Shown: positions 1-9,241, counted from the stretch's first letter. The stretch: 10,241 nucleotides of DNA from a bacterium (GCA_046758365.1 JBHIAC010000121.1:1-10241), one strand, 5' to 3'. The notes: generated from the sequence alone by a model not told the origin. Made by a program: numbers and translations.

Positions 1-8
1 GCCGCAAT

Positions 9-61
9 GTTGAATTATGAATTTAGAATTATGAATAAAATAGTTAATATAATTCATAATT
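9..61. repeat. Heptamer tandem array (NNNGAAT x4) with an inverted copy forming a hairpin
   Basis: Units GTTGAAT 9-15, TATGAAT 16-22, TTAGAAT 23-29, TATGAAT 30-36. AATTATGAAT (27-36) is the exact reverse complement of ATTCATAATT (52-61). Confidence 0.75.
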
Positions 62-166
62 GCTTCATTGTCTCATTGTTCCATTGATGAACGGTCGAAC
101 CATTATGTATTCATATTACCAAGAATCAAGTAATTCAACAATTTAACAATGCAACAATGGAACAAT
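59..166. repeat. Inverted pair of octamer tandem arrays (imperfect 32-bp arms, 44-nt core)
   Basis: Left arm 59-90: ATTGCTTC ATTGTCTC ATTGTTCC ATTGATGA. Right arm 135-166: TCAACAAT TTAACAAT GCAACAAT GGAACAAT, whose reverse complement is ATTGTTCC ATTGTTGC ATTGTTAA ATTGTTGA. An exact 12-bp inverted repeat is ATTGTTCCATTG (75-86) / CAATGGAACAAT (155-166). Confidence 0.85.
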
Positions 167-372
167 CACCATTTATTATTCCGGGATATATAATATATCT
201 TACACAAAAAACAAAGATTTGATTGGTAATACTATAAGGTTCTGAACAAGAGGATTACAAATTATAGAAAAATTATTGGGAATCGAGAAATTGCTTTTAA
301 AATCGGTTACAATTTTTTATATTTACTCCATGAACGTAGGGAAGTAGAATTTTTTTAATGGATAATTTAATT

Positions 373-379
373 GGAGGGG
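373..379 (+). promoter_or_regulatory. Shine-Dalgarno site for ggt
   Basis: GGAGGGG lies just upstream of ATG 382, favouring 382 over the ORF-track start at 358. Confidence 0.7.
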
Positions 380-381
380 AA

Positions 382-2094
382 ATGAATAAATTTTGGAAAA
401 CTATATTTATCTTTATACTCCTTCTTTTTAGCCTTTTAATAAATGCTGATCAAATTTGTGCAAAAAAATGGCCAGTTTATGCCAAACACGGCATGGTCGT
501 CTCAACAGAACGTATCGCCTCTGAGGTAGGGGTAAAAATTCTAAGAAAAGGGGGGAATGCAGTAGATGCGGCGGTAGCTACAGGCTTTGCTCTGGCGGTG
601 GTGCATCCAGCGGCCGGAAATATTGGCGGTGGCGGGTTTATGCTGATTAGATTTGCTGACGGAAGAGCGACTACCATTGACTATCGTGAAAAAGCTCCGC
701 AAGCGGCACATGAAAAGATGTATTTGGATGAAAATGGCAACTTGATAAAAAATTTAAATCACCAAGGTTATTTAGCAGTAGGCGTTCCGGGAACCGTGGC
801 CGGGTTTACTTTGGCACTAGAAAAATTCGGTACCATGCGCCTCAAAGAGGTCATTAAACCTGCCATTGAATTAGCTCGCCACGGGTTTCCAGTATCCTAT
901 GCTTTGAGTCGTGATTTAACTTATTTAGCCAAGGAGTTTAAACAATACCCTGCTTCTGCCAAAGCATTTTTAAAAAACAGTGAGGAGCCCTACCAGCCCG
1001 AAGAAATTCTTATCCAGAAAGATCTGGCAGCCACACTAAAAAGAATTGCAAAACATGGTAGAAATGGATTTTATTCAGGCAAGACGGCTGCGCTCATTGC
1101 AAAAGACATGAAAGCTCACGGGGGCTTGATCAACAAAGAAGATTTAGCCGCTTACCAGGCCAAAATTCGGAAACCTGTGGAGACAAGTTATCGAGGCTAC
1201 AAAATTTACTCAATGCCACCCCCAAGTTCCGGTGGCGTGACTTTATCCATTATGCTCAATATTTTGGAAGGATATAATTTGACGGAATTAGGACACAATT
1301 CCGCAGCGTATATTCATTTGGTTGCAGAAGCCATGCGCCGGGCTTACGCGGACCGAGCCCAATATTTAGGAGACCCAGATTTTAATTCTGAAATGCCGGT
1401 AGATTGGTTGATTTCCAAAAAGCATGGCGAAGAACTCAGAAACACCCTGTATCTGGGAAAAGCATCCGTGAGTGATCCAAACCATTTTGATTGGACATTG
1501 GAATCTAAAGAAACCACGCATTTTTCAGTAGTAGATGCTCAGGGGAATGCAGTATCCAACACCTATACTTTAGAGCATTGGTTTGGCTCAAAAATTGTCG
1601 TAGACGGCGCCGGGTTTTTGCTTAATAACGAAATGGGTGATTTCAATCCCTGGCCAGGTCGCACAGACACTACGGGCCTTATTGGCACCAAGCCTAACTT
1701 GATTCAGCCCGGCAAACGCATGCTCTCATCCATGACGCCAACGATTGTAGCCAAAGATGGTAAGACGTTTATGGTCATCGGTAGTCCCGGAGGCCGCGCG
1801 ATTATTAACACGGTATTACAAACGATATTAAATGTGGTTGATTTCGACATGAATATTTTCGAAGCCATCGATGCACCGAGATTTAACCACCAGTGGCTTC
1901 CCGATCTTATTAAAATCGAGAAATGGGGTACTACAGTGGATTCAATTCAATTGTTAGAAGAAATGGGGCATAAGATTGATTGGTATGATAGAACAAAAGG
2001 TCGGACCATGGGCATTATGATTGATCCCGAAACAGGTTATCGGATAGGTGCTGCGGATCCAAGAAGTCCAAATGGAGGTGCGGTGGGGTATTAG
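382..2094 (+). CDS. ggt: Gamma-glutamyltranspeptidase / glutathione hydrolase precursor with an N-terminal signal peptide
   Basis: Motifs GGNAVDAAVA, GNIGGGGF, IDYRE, VGVPG and PPPSSGG. Autoprocessing site E|TTHFSVVD with the nucleophile Thr codon at 1513. Also LNNEMGDF, LSSMTP, GSPGG and a C-terminal ADPR. The N-terminus MNKFWKTIFIFILLLFSLLINA is basic then hydrophobic. Start set at 382 because of the SD site. Confidence 0.96.
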   Translation: MNKFWKTIFIFILLLFSLLINADQICAKKWPVYAKHGMVVSTERIASEVGVKILRKGGNAVDAAVATGFALAVVHPAAGNIGGGGFMLIRFADGRATTIDYREKAPQAAHEKMYLDENGNLIKNLNHQGYLAVGVPGTVAGFTLALEKFGTMRLKEVIKPAIELARHGFPVSYALSRDLTYLAKEFKQYPASAKAFLKNSEEPYQPEEILIQKDLAATLKRIAKHGRNGFYSGKTAALIAKDMKAHGGLINKEDLAAYQAKIRKPVETSYRGYKIYSMPPPSSGGVTLSIMLNILEGYNLTELGHNSAAYIHLVAEAMRRAYADRAQYLGDPDFNSEMPVDWLISKKHGEELRNTLYLGKASVSDPNHFDWTLESKETTHFSVVDAQGNAVSNTYTLEHWFGSKIVVDGAGFLLNNEMGDFNPWPGRTDTTGLIGTKPNLIQPGKRMLSSMTPTIVAKDGKTFMVIGSPGGRAIINTVLQTILNVVDFDMNIFEAIDAPRFNHQWLPDLIKIEKWGTTVDSIQLLEEMGHKIDWYDRTKGRTMGIMIDPETGYRIGAADPRSPNGGAVGY

Positions 2095-2163
2095 TATAGT
2101 ACGAATAAAAGTGATGCTTTTTGGGCAAAAAATTTTTCACCCTACTGGCTAAATATTTTTGGG

Positions 2164-2213
2164 ATAAGCACCAAATTACAAGCACCAAATAATGTAATTC
2201 GATCGAAGTGCTT
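2164..2213. repeat. 14-nt-period (2x7) direct repeat plus palindrome in the ggt-uvrA spacer
   Basis: AAGCACCAAAT occurs at 2166-2176 and 2180-2190 (heptamer frame ATAAGCA CCAAATT ACAAGCA CCAAATA). Perfect palindrome TTCGATCGAA at 2198-2207. GTGCTT (2208-2213) is complementary to AAGCAC and runs into a T tract. Confidence 0.65.
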
Positions 2214-2310
2214 TTTTATATGCTAATTCCTAAGATTATTTAAATTATAATGAAATTTATTGTTAGTTGCAAATTTTTTAATTGTGTAATTGAGAAAAGT
2301 ATTCCGAACC

Positions 2311-5157
2311 ATGTCAGATAAAATCATCATCAAAGGGGCCCGAGAGCATAATTTAAAAAATATTAATCTGGAAATTCCGCGAGATCGATTGGTGGTTATC
2401 ACAGGGATTTCGGGCTCTGGTAAGTCCTCTTTGGCCTTTGATACCATCTATGCAGAAGGACAGCGGCGCTATGTGGAATCTCTTTCAGCTTACGCCCGAC
2501 AGTTCTTGGGACTCATGGAAAAACCTGATGTGGATTATATCGAGGGACTCTCCCCGGCTATTTCTATTGAGCAGAGGAAAGCCGGTCAAAATCCGCGATC
2601 AACGGTCGGTACCGTAACGGAAATTTACGACTATTTGCGGCTGCTGTTTGCTCGAATTGGAAAACCCTATTGCTATAACTGCGGCAAACCCATTCAGCGT
2701 CAGACAGTACAGCAGATTGTAGACAGTGTCTTGGGATTACCTAAAAGTACGAAAATCCAAGTATTGGCTCCTATTATTCGCGGTCGTAAAGGTGAATATC
2801 GAGAAGTTTTTGAAGAAGCCCGAAGGGATGGCTTTGTACGTGTTCGAGTAGATGGCAATATGTATGATTTGTCCAGCGAAATTAAACTGGACAAAAACAA
2901 AAAACATGATATTGAAATTATAGTTGATCGCTTAGTGGTTGACCCCAAAATTAACACCCGGTTAGCTGACTCCCTCGAAACGGCTTTGGGCATTGCTTCG
3001 GGAATTGTCCTGATTGATATTTTAAATCATGAGGCTGATGGCAAATCTAAGGAGCTGCTGTACAGCGAGCATTTTGCCTGTACAGATTGTGGTATTTCCT
3101 ACGAGGAATTGGCTCCACGGATATTTTCTTTCAACAGTCCTTATGGTGCCTGTCCTACCTGCAACGGTTTGGGCACCACCATGGAAGTGGACCCAGAGTT
3201 GGTGGTTCCCGATCCTAAGCTGACGTTGCTTCAGGGCGCTATTGATCCTTGGGGAGAAAATCGAGATGGCTGGTACTTCAACCAATTGCGGGCTGTGTCG
3301 GAGCATTATGACTTTGATTTAGACACACCATGGGACAAATTATCACCAGAACACCAGTCTATATTGTTATATGGTTCTAAAGGAGAAGAAATCCGTTTCG
3401 TTTACATGCGGGAAAGTAAGAAGGTTCATGCAGAATTCACGACTAACTATGAGGGGGTGATTCCTAATCTGGAGCGTCGCTATAAACAGACCGATTCTCA
3501 ATATATTCGGACCTGGATCGAAGAATACATGAATGTAAAACCATGCCCAAATTGCCATGGAGCACGATTACGAAATGAAGCATTGGCTGTGCGAATTGGG
3601 GATAAAAATATTAAAGCGATCACCGCAATGTCCATCAAAGAAGCTTTTGAATTCTTCACTAATTTAAAATTAAACCCACGGGAAGAAGCTATCGCTCATC
3701 AAATTCTCAAAGAGATTCGAGAACGTTTAGGCTTTTTAGTAAATGTAGGATTAGAATATCTGACTATAGACCGGAGTGCAGGTACATTATCTGGCGGAGA
3801 AGCCCAAAGGATTCGGCTAGCCACTCAAGTGGGATCTCAATTGGTGGGCGTGCTTTACATTCTTGACGAACCATCAATCGGTTTGCATCAAAGGGACAAC
3901 CAGCGTTTGCTTAATACATTGACTCGACTTCGTGATTTGGGAAATACGGTAGTGGTCGTGGAACATGATCGAGAGACCATTGAGAGAGCGGATTATATTG
4001 TAGATTTAGGCCCAGGGGCTGGAATCCATGGCGGCTTTGTGGTGGCTACAGGTCCCCCCAAAGAAATAACCCAAAATGGCAAGTCTCTGACAGGTGAATA
4101 CATTTCTGGTAAAAAATTTATCCAAGTTCCAAAAAAACGTAGAAAGGGAAATGGAAAGTTTATCACGCTCAATGGAGCCGCTGGAAATAATTTAAAAAAG
4201 ATAGATGTAAAGATTCCTCTTGGTGTTTTCAACTGTGTAACAGGAGTTTCCGGTTCTGGTAAGAGTACTTTAATTAACGAAACCCTTTACCGGATTCTTG
4301 CCAAGCATTTTTATAGAAGCAAAGAAGCACCCTTGGAATATAAAAAAATTGAGGCTCTTGAAAACATAGACAAAGTCATCGACATCGATCAATCCCCTAT
4401 TGGCCGCACACCGCGCTCTAATCCAGCGACCTACACAGGTCTTTTTACTTATATTCGAGATCTGTTTGCCCAGCTCCCTGAAGCTAAGATTCGTGGGTAC
4501 AAACCAGGCCGATTCAGTTTTAATGTCAAAGGAGGCCGTTGCGAAGCCTGCCAGGGCGATGGCCTCATTAAAATTGAAATGCATTTTCTGCCCGATGTGT
4601 ATGTGAACTGCGAGGTGTGTAAAGGTAAACGCTACAACCGCGAAACTCTGGAAATTAAGTATAAGGGCAAATCCATTGCTGAAGTATTGGACATGACGGT
4701 CAGCGAAGCACTACAGTTTTTTGAGCACATTCCACGAATTAAAAGAAAGCTTAAAACCCTGTACGATGTGGGATTGGGGTACATCCACTTGGGACAACAG
4801 GCGACCACGCTCTCCGGTGGAGAAGCTCAACGGGTTAAACTCTCCACAGAGCTGTCCAAAGTCAGTACCGATCAAACCTTGTATATTTTGGATGAACCCA
4901 CGACGGGTCTGCATTTTGAGGACATCAAAATGTTATTGAATGTATTGAACCGATTGGTTGAGAAGGGCAACACGGTCATTGTTATCGAACATAATTTAGA
5001 GGTAATTAAAACCGCTGATTACATTATTGATTTAGGCCCAGAAGGTGGAGATGAAGGGGGCCGCGTGATTGCCACTGGTACGCCTGAAGAAGTCGCAAAA
5101 ACTAAATGCTCTTATACTGGGGAATTTTTGAAGAAGGAGTTGGGGTTTAAGTTTTAA
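2311..5157 (+). CDS. uvrA: Excinuclease ABC subunit A (UvrA)
   Basis: Canonical N-terminus [18 protein letters not shown], so ATG 2311 is preferred to TTG 2290. Two Walker A motifs ([18 protein letters not shown]), two LSGGEAQR signatures and LDEP Walker B motifs. Zn-binding Cys pairs CYNC, CTDC, CPTC, CPNC, CEAC and CEVC. Full length. Confidence 0.98.
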   Translation: MSDKIIIKGAREHNLKNINLEIPRDRLVVITGISGSGKSSLAFDTIYAEGQRRYVESLSAYARQFLGLMEKPDVDYIEGLSPAISIEQRKAGQNPRSTVGTVTEIYDYLRLLFARIGKPYCYNCGKPIQRQTVQQIVDSVLGLPKSTKIQVLAPIIRGRKGEYREVFEEARRDGFVRVRVDGNMYDLSSEIKLDKNKKHDIEIIVDRLVVDPKINTRLADSLETALGIASGIVLIDILNHEADGKSKELLYSEHFACTDCGISYEELAPRIFSFNSPYGACPTCNGLGTTMEVDPELVVPDPKLTLLQGAIDPWGENRDGWYFNQLRAVSEHYDFDLDTPWDKLSPEHQSILLYGSKGEEIRFVYMRESKKVHAEFTTNYEGVIPNLERRYKQTDSQYIRTWIEEYMNVKPCPNCHGARLRNEALAVRIGDKNIKAITAMSIKEAFEFFTNLKLNPREEAIAHQILKEIRERLGFLVNVGLEYLTIDRSAGTLSGGEAQRIRLATQVGSQLVGVLYILDEPSIGLHQRDNQRLLNTLTRLRDLGNTVVVVEHDRETIERADYIVDLGPGAGIHGGFVVATGPPKEITQNGKSLTGEYISGKKFIQVPKKRRKGNGKFITLNGAAGNNLKKIDVKIPLGVFNCVTGVSGSGKSTLINETLYRILAKHFYRSKEAPLEYKKIEALENIDKVIDIDQSPIGRTPRSNPATYTGLFTYIRDLFAQLPEAKIRGYKPGRFSFNVKGGRCEACQGDGLIKIEMHFLPDVYVNCEVCKGKRYNRETLEIKYKGKSIAEVLDMTVSEALQFFEHIPRIKRKLKTLYDVGLGYIHLGQQATTLSGGEAQRVKLSTELSKVSTDQTLYILDEPTTGLHFEDIKMLLNVLNRLVEKGNTVIVIEHNLEVIKTADYIIDLGPEGGDEGGRVIATGTPEEVAKTKCSYTGEFLKKELGFKF

Positions 5158-5197
5158 GGATTGGGGATTAGAAATTCGGGATTGGAGAATAGAGAAT
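5135..5197. repeat. Purine-rich degenerate heptamer array overlapping the uvrA stop
   Basis: In-phase units: AGGAGTT GGGGTTT AAGTTTT AAGGATT GGGGATT AGAAATT CGGGATT GGAGAAT AGAGAAT. The six units from 5156 onward are the clearest. Confidence 0.7.
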
Positions 5198-5288
5198 TAT
5201 GGCCTAAAGAATATAGGTTTGTCAAACATAAACATTAAGTGAAATATTCCCAAAGCCTTGGGTACATAATTTGAAGTAAGGTAACAAT

Positions 5289-6200
5289 ATGATTTCAGGA
5301 ATACTTTTATCACTTTTACCGGTCTTGCTGGTAGTAGTAATTTTCGTAATTGGATTTTCTTGGTACATAGCTCGAACCAGTTTGGTTCCAACCCACATTC
5401 CAAAAGCCAAAAACCCTCAAGCCTTCCAGATGCAATTTAAGGACTTCTCTGTACTTAGTGATGGATTAATCTTAAAGGGCTGGTTTATTCCTGCCCCTAA
5501 AGAATGTTTTTCAGAAAGCCAAAAAGCACCGACTTTGATTTTAACTCATGGTTGGGGGCGAAGTGCGGAGCAGATGTTGCCCTATGCTGAATTTCTTCAC
5601 CAGGCTGGATTCCATTTAATCCTGTATGACGTAAGGGGGCACGGCGACAGTGATTCAGGAGAGTATGTTACTATGTATCGCATTCTCGAAGATTTAGATG
5701 CTGTGGTAAACTATACCTTAAATCGTCCCGAAGTTAATTGTACTGCAATTGGACTTTTCGGACATTCTATGGGAGCCGCTGCTTCTATTTTAAAAGCTAG
5801 CCAAGACAATCGAATAAAAGCGGTTGCCAGCAGTTCAGGCTTTGCAGATTTTTCAGACCTGACCACGCAGATGCTTCGCTGGCGTAAATTACCCTCCTTT
5901 CCCTTTCGATTTTTAATTCAGAAATTTTGGGAAAAACGTGCTGGTAAACCGCTTTCGTCGATTAATCCTGTAGAGCAAATCAGTAAGATTTCAGTCCCGG
6001 TTTTGCTACTACATGGAGAACTAGACCAGGTAGTAACACCAGACCAGTTAGAAAAGCTTTTTAAAAACGCAAACTCAGCAGAAAAACAGGTGATAAGTGG
6101 GAGGAATCACTCTGATTTATTTAATGATCCCATTTATCGTGAAAAAGTAGTAGCCTTTTTTAATAAAACCTTAAAACAGGAGCAACCAAAAACTTTCTGA
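5289..6200 (+). CDS. Membrane-anchored alpha/beta-fold serine hydrolase (esterase/lipase-like)
   Basis: Hydrophobic N-terminal helix (residues about 2-27), LKGWFIP, oxyanion motif THGWG, YDVRGHGDS, nucleophile elbow GHSMG (from 5760), HGELD acid and RNH catalytic His. Confidence 0.9.
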   Translation: MISGILLSLLPVLLVVVIFVIGFSWYIARTSLVPTHIPKAKNPQAFQMQFKDFSVLSDGLILKGWFIPAPKECFSESQKAPTLILTHGWGRSAEQMLPYAEFLHQAGFHLILYDVRGHGDSDSGEYVTMYRILEDLDAVVNYTLNRPEVNCTAIGLFGHSMGAAASILKASQDNRIKAVASSSGFADFSDLTTQMLRWRKLPSFPFRFLIQKFWEKRAGKPLSSINPVEQISKISVPVLLLHGELDQVVTPDQLEKLFKNANSAEKQVISGRNHSDLFNDPIYREKVVAFFNKTLKQEQPKTF

Positions 6201-6347
6201 GTCTCATTACTCAGTCCTTGAAATTTGGATCATCTGAAAAAGAGTTGATATCCAATTAATTAAATAGAAATCCAGTAAAAATTCTTTTAATAATTACTTG
6301 TCAAAAAAAACAAAGATTTGAATCTCAATACAGTAAAGGCTAATTAA

Positions 6348-7502
6348 ATGCCCTCTGAAACTTTAGACAAAATAAAGAGCATTGCAAAACAACCGCTCCA
6401 AGCTGTGAAAGCCACAGACAGAATTGCCCTCTGTTTAGCAGGAGGAGGTATTACAGGAGCGATGTATGAAGTTGGATGCTTAACCGCCTTAGACGAATTC
6501 TTTGAAAGACCATATTGTGTCAACCAGTTTGATATTTTTGTCGGAACTAGCGCTGGAGCTCTCATCGCTTCATTAATTGCTAACGGTTATACTTCACGGG
6601 AAATATTTGAAGGGATTAGTCAGGAAGATAAATCCCGTCTTAATTTTAAGCGAAAAAATATTTATAATCTTCGCTGGTTTGAAATTTTAAAGTCCTTTTT
6701 GCCTCTTTTCAAGCGAATGCCTAGCTTAATACGCTACGGTTGGATTAATCGCAGACAAGCCTCGTTTATGGATTTGTTGTCTATTCTTCAGGAATTTATT
6801 CCACCGGGAATTTTCTCTCTAAATAATTTAGACAAGTTTGTGGCTGGACTTCTTTATCCTGAAGGTAAAACGAACGATTTTCGAAATCTAAAAAAAGAAT
6901 TGTACATTCCTGCCACAGAACTGGATACTGGGAAACGCTGGATTTTTGGTGAGGAGGAAAATAATTGTGTGCCTATTTCAAAAGCCGTAGCAGCTTCTAC
7001 GGCTATCCCTATTTTTTTCCGTCCGTTTAGAATCAATGGACATGATTTTATTGACGGCTCTACCAGTCAGGTCTCACATATGGATATTGCTTTAAAACAT
7101 GGAGCTAAATTAGTTATTATTATAAATCCTACCGTCCCGATTGAAAATGATCAGAATAAAATTTGTCTTCCTACCTTTGACGGTCATTGTGCTAGATTGG
7201 GAGAAAAAGGTATGGGACTTATAAGTGAACAAGCTCGTCGAATTGAAACAAAAAGTCGGTTTGAATTAGGGTTTGCCCGATTCAAAAAGGAGCACCCCGA
7301 GGTCGATTTTATTATATTTCAACCTCAGACCTCGGATGCGATTTTATTTCTACACGGTGTTATGGAGTACGACTCTCGCAAATCAATTTTAAATTATGGA
7401 TACTTCTCTACTATAAATGAATTGAAGAAATATTTTACAGATTACAAAACTACTTTTGAAAAACACAAAATAAAAGTGAGAACTGATTTTTTAAATAAAT
7501 AA
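6348..7502 (+). CDS. Patatin-like phospholipase / lipid acyl hydrolase
   Basis: Gly-rich oxyanion loop LAGGGITG, nucleophile GTSAG (Ser codon 6549), AASTAIP.FF.P and catalytic Asp in FIDGS (7053). Confidence 0.92.
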   Translation: MPSETLDKIKSIAKQPLQAVKATDRIALCLAGGGITGAMYEVGCLTALDEFFERPYCVNQFDIFVGTSAGALIASLIANGYTSREIFEGISQEDKSRLNFKRKNIYNLRWFEILKSFLPLFKRMPSLIRYGWINRRQASFMDLLSILQEFIPPGIFSLNNLDKFVAGLLYPEGKTNDFRNLKKELYIPATELDTGKRWIFGEEENNCVPISKAVAASTAIPIFFRPFRINGHDFIDGSTSQVSHMDIALKHGAKLVIIINPTVPIENDQNKICLPTFDGHCARLGEKGMGLISEQARRIETKSRFELGFARFKKEHPEVDFIIFQPQTSDAILFLHGVMEYDSRKSILNYGYFSTINELKKYFTDYKTTFEKHKIKVRTDFLNK

Positions 7503-7538
7503 AGTTCATAAGAAAATATTACTTAATTCCTCTTTGAC

Positions 7539-9236
7539 CTACCATTCTTCAATAGCCATCTTCTTTCTGACAAATCGGCTACTCTGAATAATCGTATCTT
7601 TTTCCCAATGATCATCATCAGTATTTGGATAATCAGTTGTAAAGTGAAGACCGCGACTTTCTTTTCTATACAAGGCACATCGAACAATTAGCTGAGCTAC
7701 AGCCACCACATTTCTAAGTTCAATTAAACCCTCGGTAACTCTTGTCCTTTTAAAAAAATCTTCAACTTCTTCAGCTATGAGTAAAATTCTACGCAAAGCT
7801 CTTTGGAGCCGCAAATCAGAACGAACAATCCCAACATAATCAGACATCAGACTGCGCACTTCTTCTCTATCATGGGCCACTAAAACCCATTCTTCATGGT
7901 TGAATGTTCCTACATCAGACCAGCAAGGAATTGCTGGGAATTGAAATTTACCGAGGGTTTTAACATATTGAATGGAACTCAAATAAGCACGATGGGAAAA
8001 TACCACAGCCTCTAAAAGGGAGTTAGAAGCTAAACGATTGGCGCCGTGGACCCCAGTACAGGCTACTTCTCCACAGGCAAATAATCCCAAAATGGAAGTT
8101 CGACCGTTAAGGTCTGTAACTACCCCACCGCATATGTAATGAGCAGCCGGCACCACAGGAATCGGCTCTTTGGTTATGTCCAATTTTAATGAAAGACATT
8201 TCTGGTAAATGTGTGGAAATCGAGTTTTTATATCCTCTACATTCAAATGAGTTATATCAAGATAAACATTATTATCTCCACTTTTTTTTAATTCGGCGTC
8301 TATGGCACGGGCTACCACATCCCTTGCTGCTAAATCCTTCATAGGGTGATATTGTTCCATAAATGCTCTGCCATCTTTTGTGCGAAGGATTCCGCCGTAA
8401 CCTCGCACTGCTTCAGAAATTAAAAAAGACTGAGCTTGAGGATGAAATAGAGTTGTGGGATGAAACTGCATAAATTCTAAATTGGCTAACATAGCTCCAG
8501 CTCGATAGGCCATAGCAATTCCGTCTCCTGTAGCAATGCTGGGGTTAGTAGTATTGCGATACACCTGACCACAGCCGCCAGTGGCCAATAGAGTGCACTT
8601 AGAAAAAAAAAGTTTGACTTCATTACATTGGACATCCAAAACATAGGCACCCCAACAGTGCACCCGTTTGGCTTGCTCTTCGGACTCTTTCCCGAGCTGG
8701 TGTTCTGTTAATAGATCGATAGCTATATGATTTTCATAAAAAGTAATGTTAGGATTATCTTTAAGTGTCTGCAATAATGCACGTTCAAGTTCTTGGCCAG
8801 TCAGGTCTCTTGCATGAAGGATTCGGTTAATACTATGCCCGCCTTCTCGACCAAGATCGAAAATTTCCTTTTGGCCTAACTTCCTCATTGTAAATTTTGT
8901 ACCCCAATGCACAAGATCTTGAATCCTTGTGGGTCCTTCCTTGACCAGTACCTCTACAGCTTGCTTATGGCAGAGTCCGGCACCAGCTTTTAATGTATCG
9001 TGAATATGTAAGTCAAATGAATCTTCTGAGGAAATGACTGCGGCAATACCACCTTGAGCATAATTCGTATTAGATTCTGCTTTTTCTTTTTTAGTAACAA
9101 TGGCAACGGTACCGTGTTGTGCAGCTTTCAAAGCATAAGAGAGCCCGGCAATCCCCGAACCAATTACTAAAAAGTCACTTTGAATTTGAGGTTTGGATGA
9201 AAGTGTTGGCATTTTATTAAAATAATAGTTCAGCAT
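7539..9236 (-). CDS. nadB: L-aspartate oxidase (de novo NAD biosynthesis)
   Basis: FAD-binding VIGSGIAG, SNTNYAQGGIAA, REGGHS, LATGG, QFHPT, LISEAVRG, RDVVARAI, PAAHYICGG, GVHGANRLASNSLLE and ESRGLH. An alternative start is ATG 9212. Confidence 0.96.
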   Translation of the reverse strand: MLNYYFNKMPTLSSKPQIQSDFLVIGSGIAGLSYALKAAQHGTVAIVTKKEKAESNTNYAQGGIAAVISSEDSFDLHIHDTLKAGAGLCHKQAVEVLVKEGPTRIQDLVHWGTKFTMRKLGQKEIFDLGREGGHSINRILHARDLTGQELERALLQTLKDNPNITFYENHIAIDLLTEHQLGKESEEQAKRVHCWGAYVLDVQCNEVKLFFSKCTLLATGGCGQVYRNTTNPSIATGDGIAMAYRAGAMLANLEFMQFHPTTLFHPQAQSFLISEAVRGYGGILRTKDGRAFMEQYHPMKDLAARDVVARAIDAELKKSGDNNVYLDITHLNVEDIKTRFPHIYQKCLSLKLDITKEPIPVVPAAHYICGGVVTDLNGRTSILGLFACGEVACTGVHGANRLASNSLLEAVVFSHRAYLSSIQYVKTLGKFQFPAIPCWSDVGTFNHEEWVLVAHDREEVRSLMSDYVGIVRSDLRLQRALRRILLIAEEVEDFFKRTRVTEGLIELRNVVAVAQLIVRCALYRKESRGLHFTTDYPNTDDDHWEKDTIIQSSRFVRKKMAIEEW

Positions 9237-9241
9237 TAGTT

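Noticed and set aside
9..166. CRISPR array or IS/MITE terminal inverted repeats
   Set aside because: Units are contiguous 7-8-mers without unique spacers. There are no cas or transposase genes and no identifiable target-site duplication.
358..381. ORF-track start of ggt at 358
   Set aside because: The extra codons span the SD sequence. ATG 382 gives a proper signal peptide.
2095..2320. LexA/SOS box upstream of uvrA
   Set aside because: No CTGT-N8-ACAG or GAAC-N4-GTTC. Only a CGAAC half-site at 2305-2309.
6197..6214. Hairpin CTGAGT-CTCATT-ACTCAG over the hydrolase stop codon as a terminator
   Set aside because: Only a 6-bp stem with no U tract. It may be a heptamer remnant but is too short to support.
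7503..7538. Bidirectional terminator between the convergent patatin and nadB genes
   Set aside because: No convincing stem-loop in the 36-nt gap.
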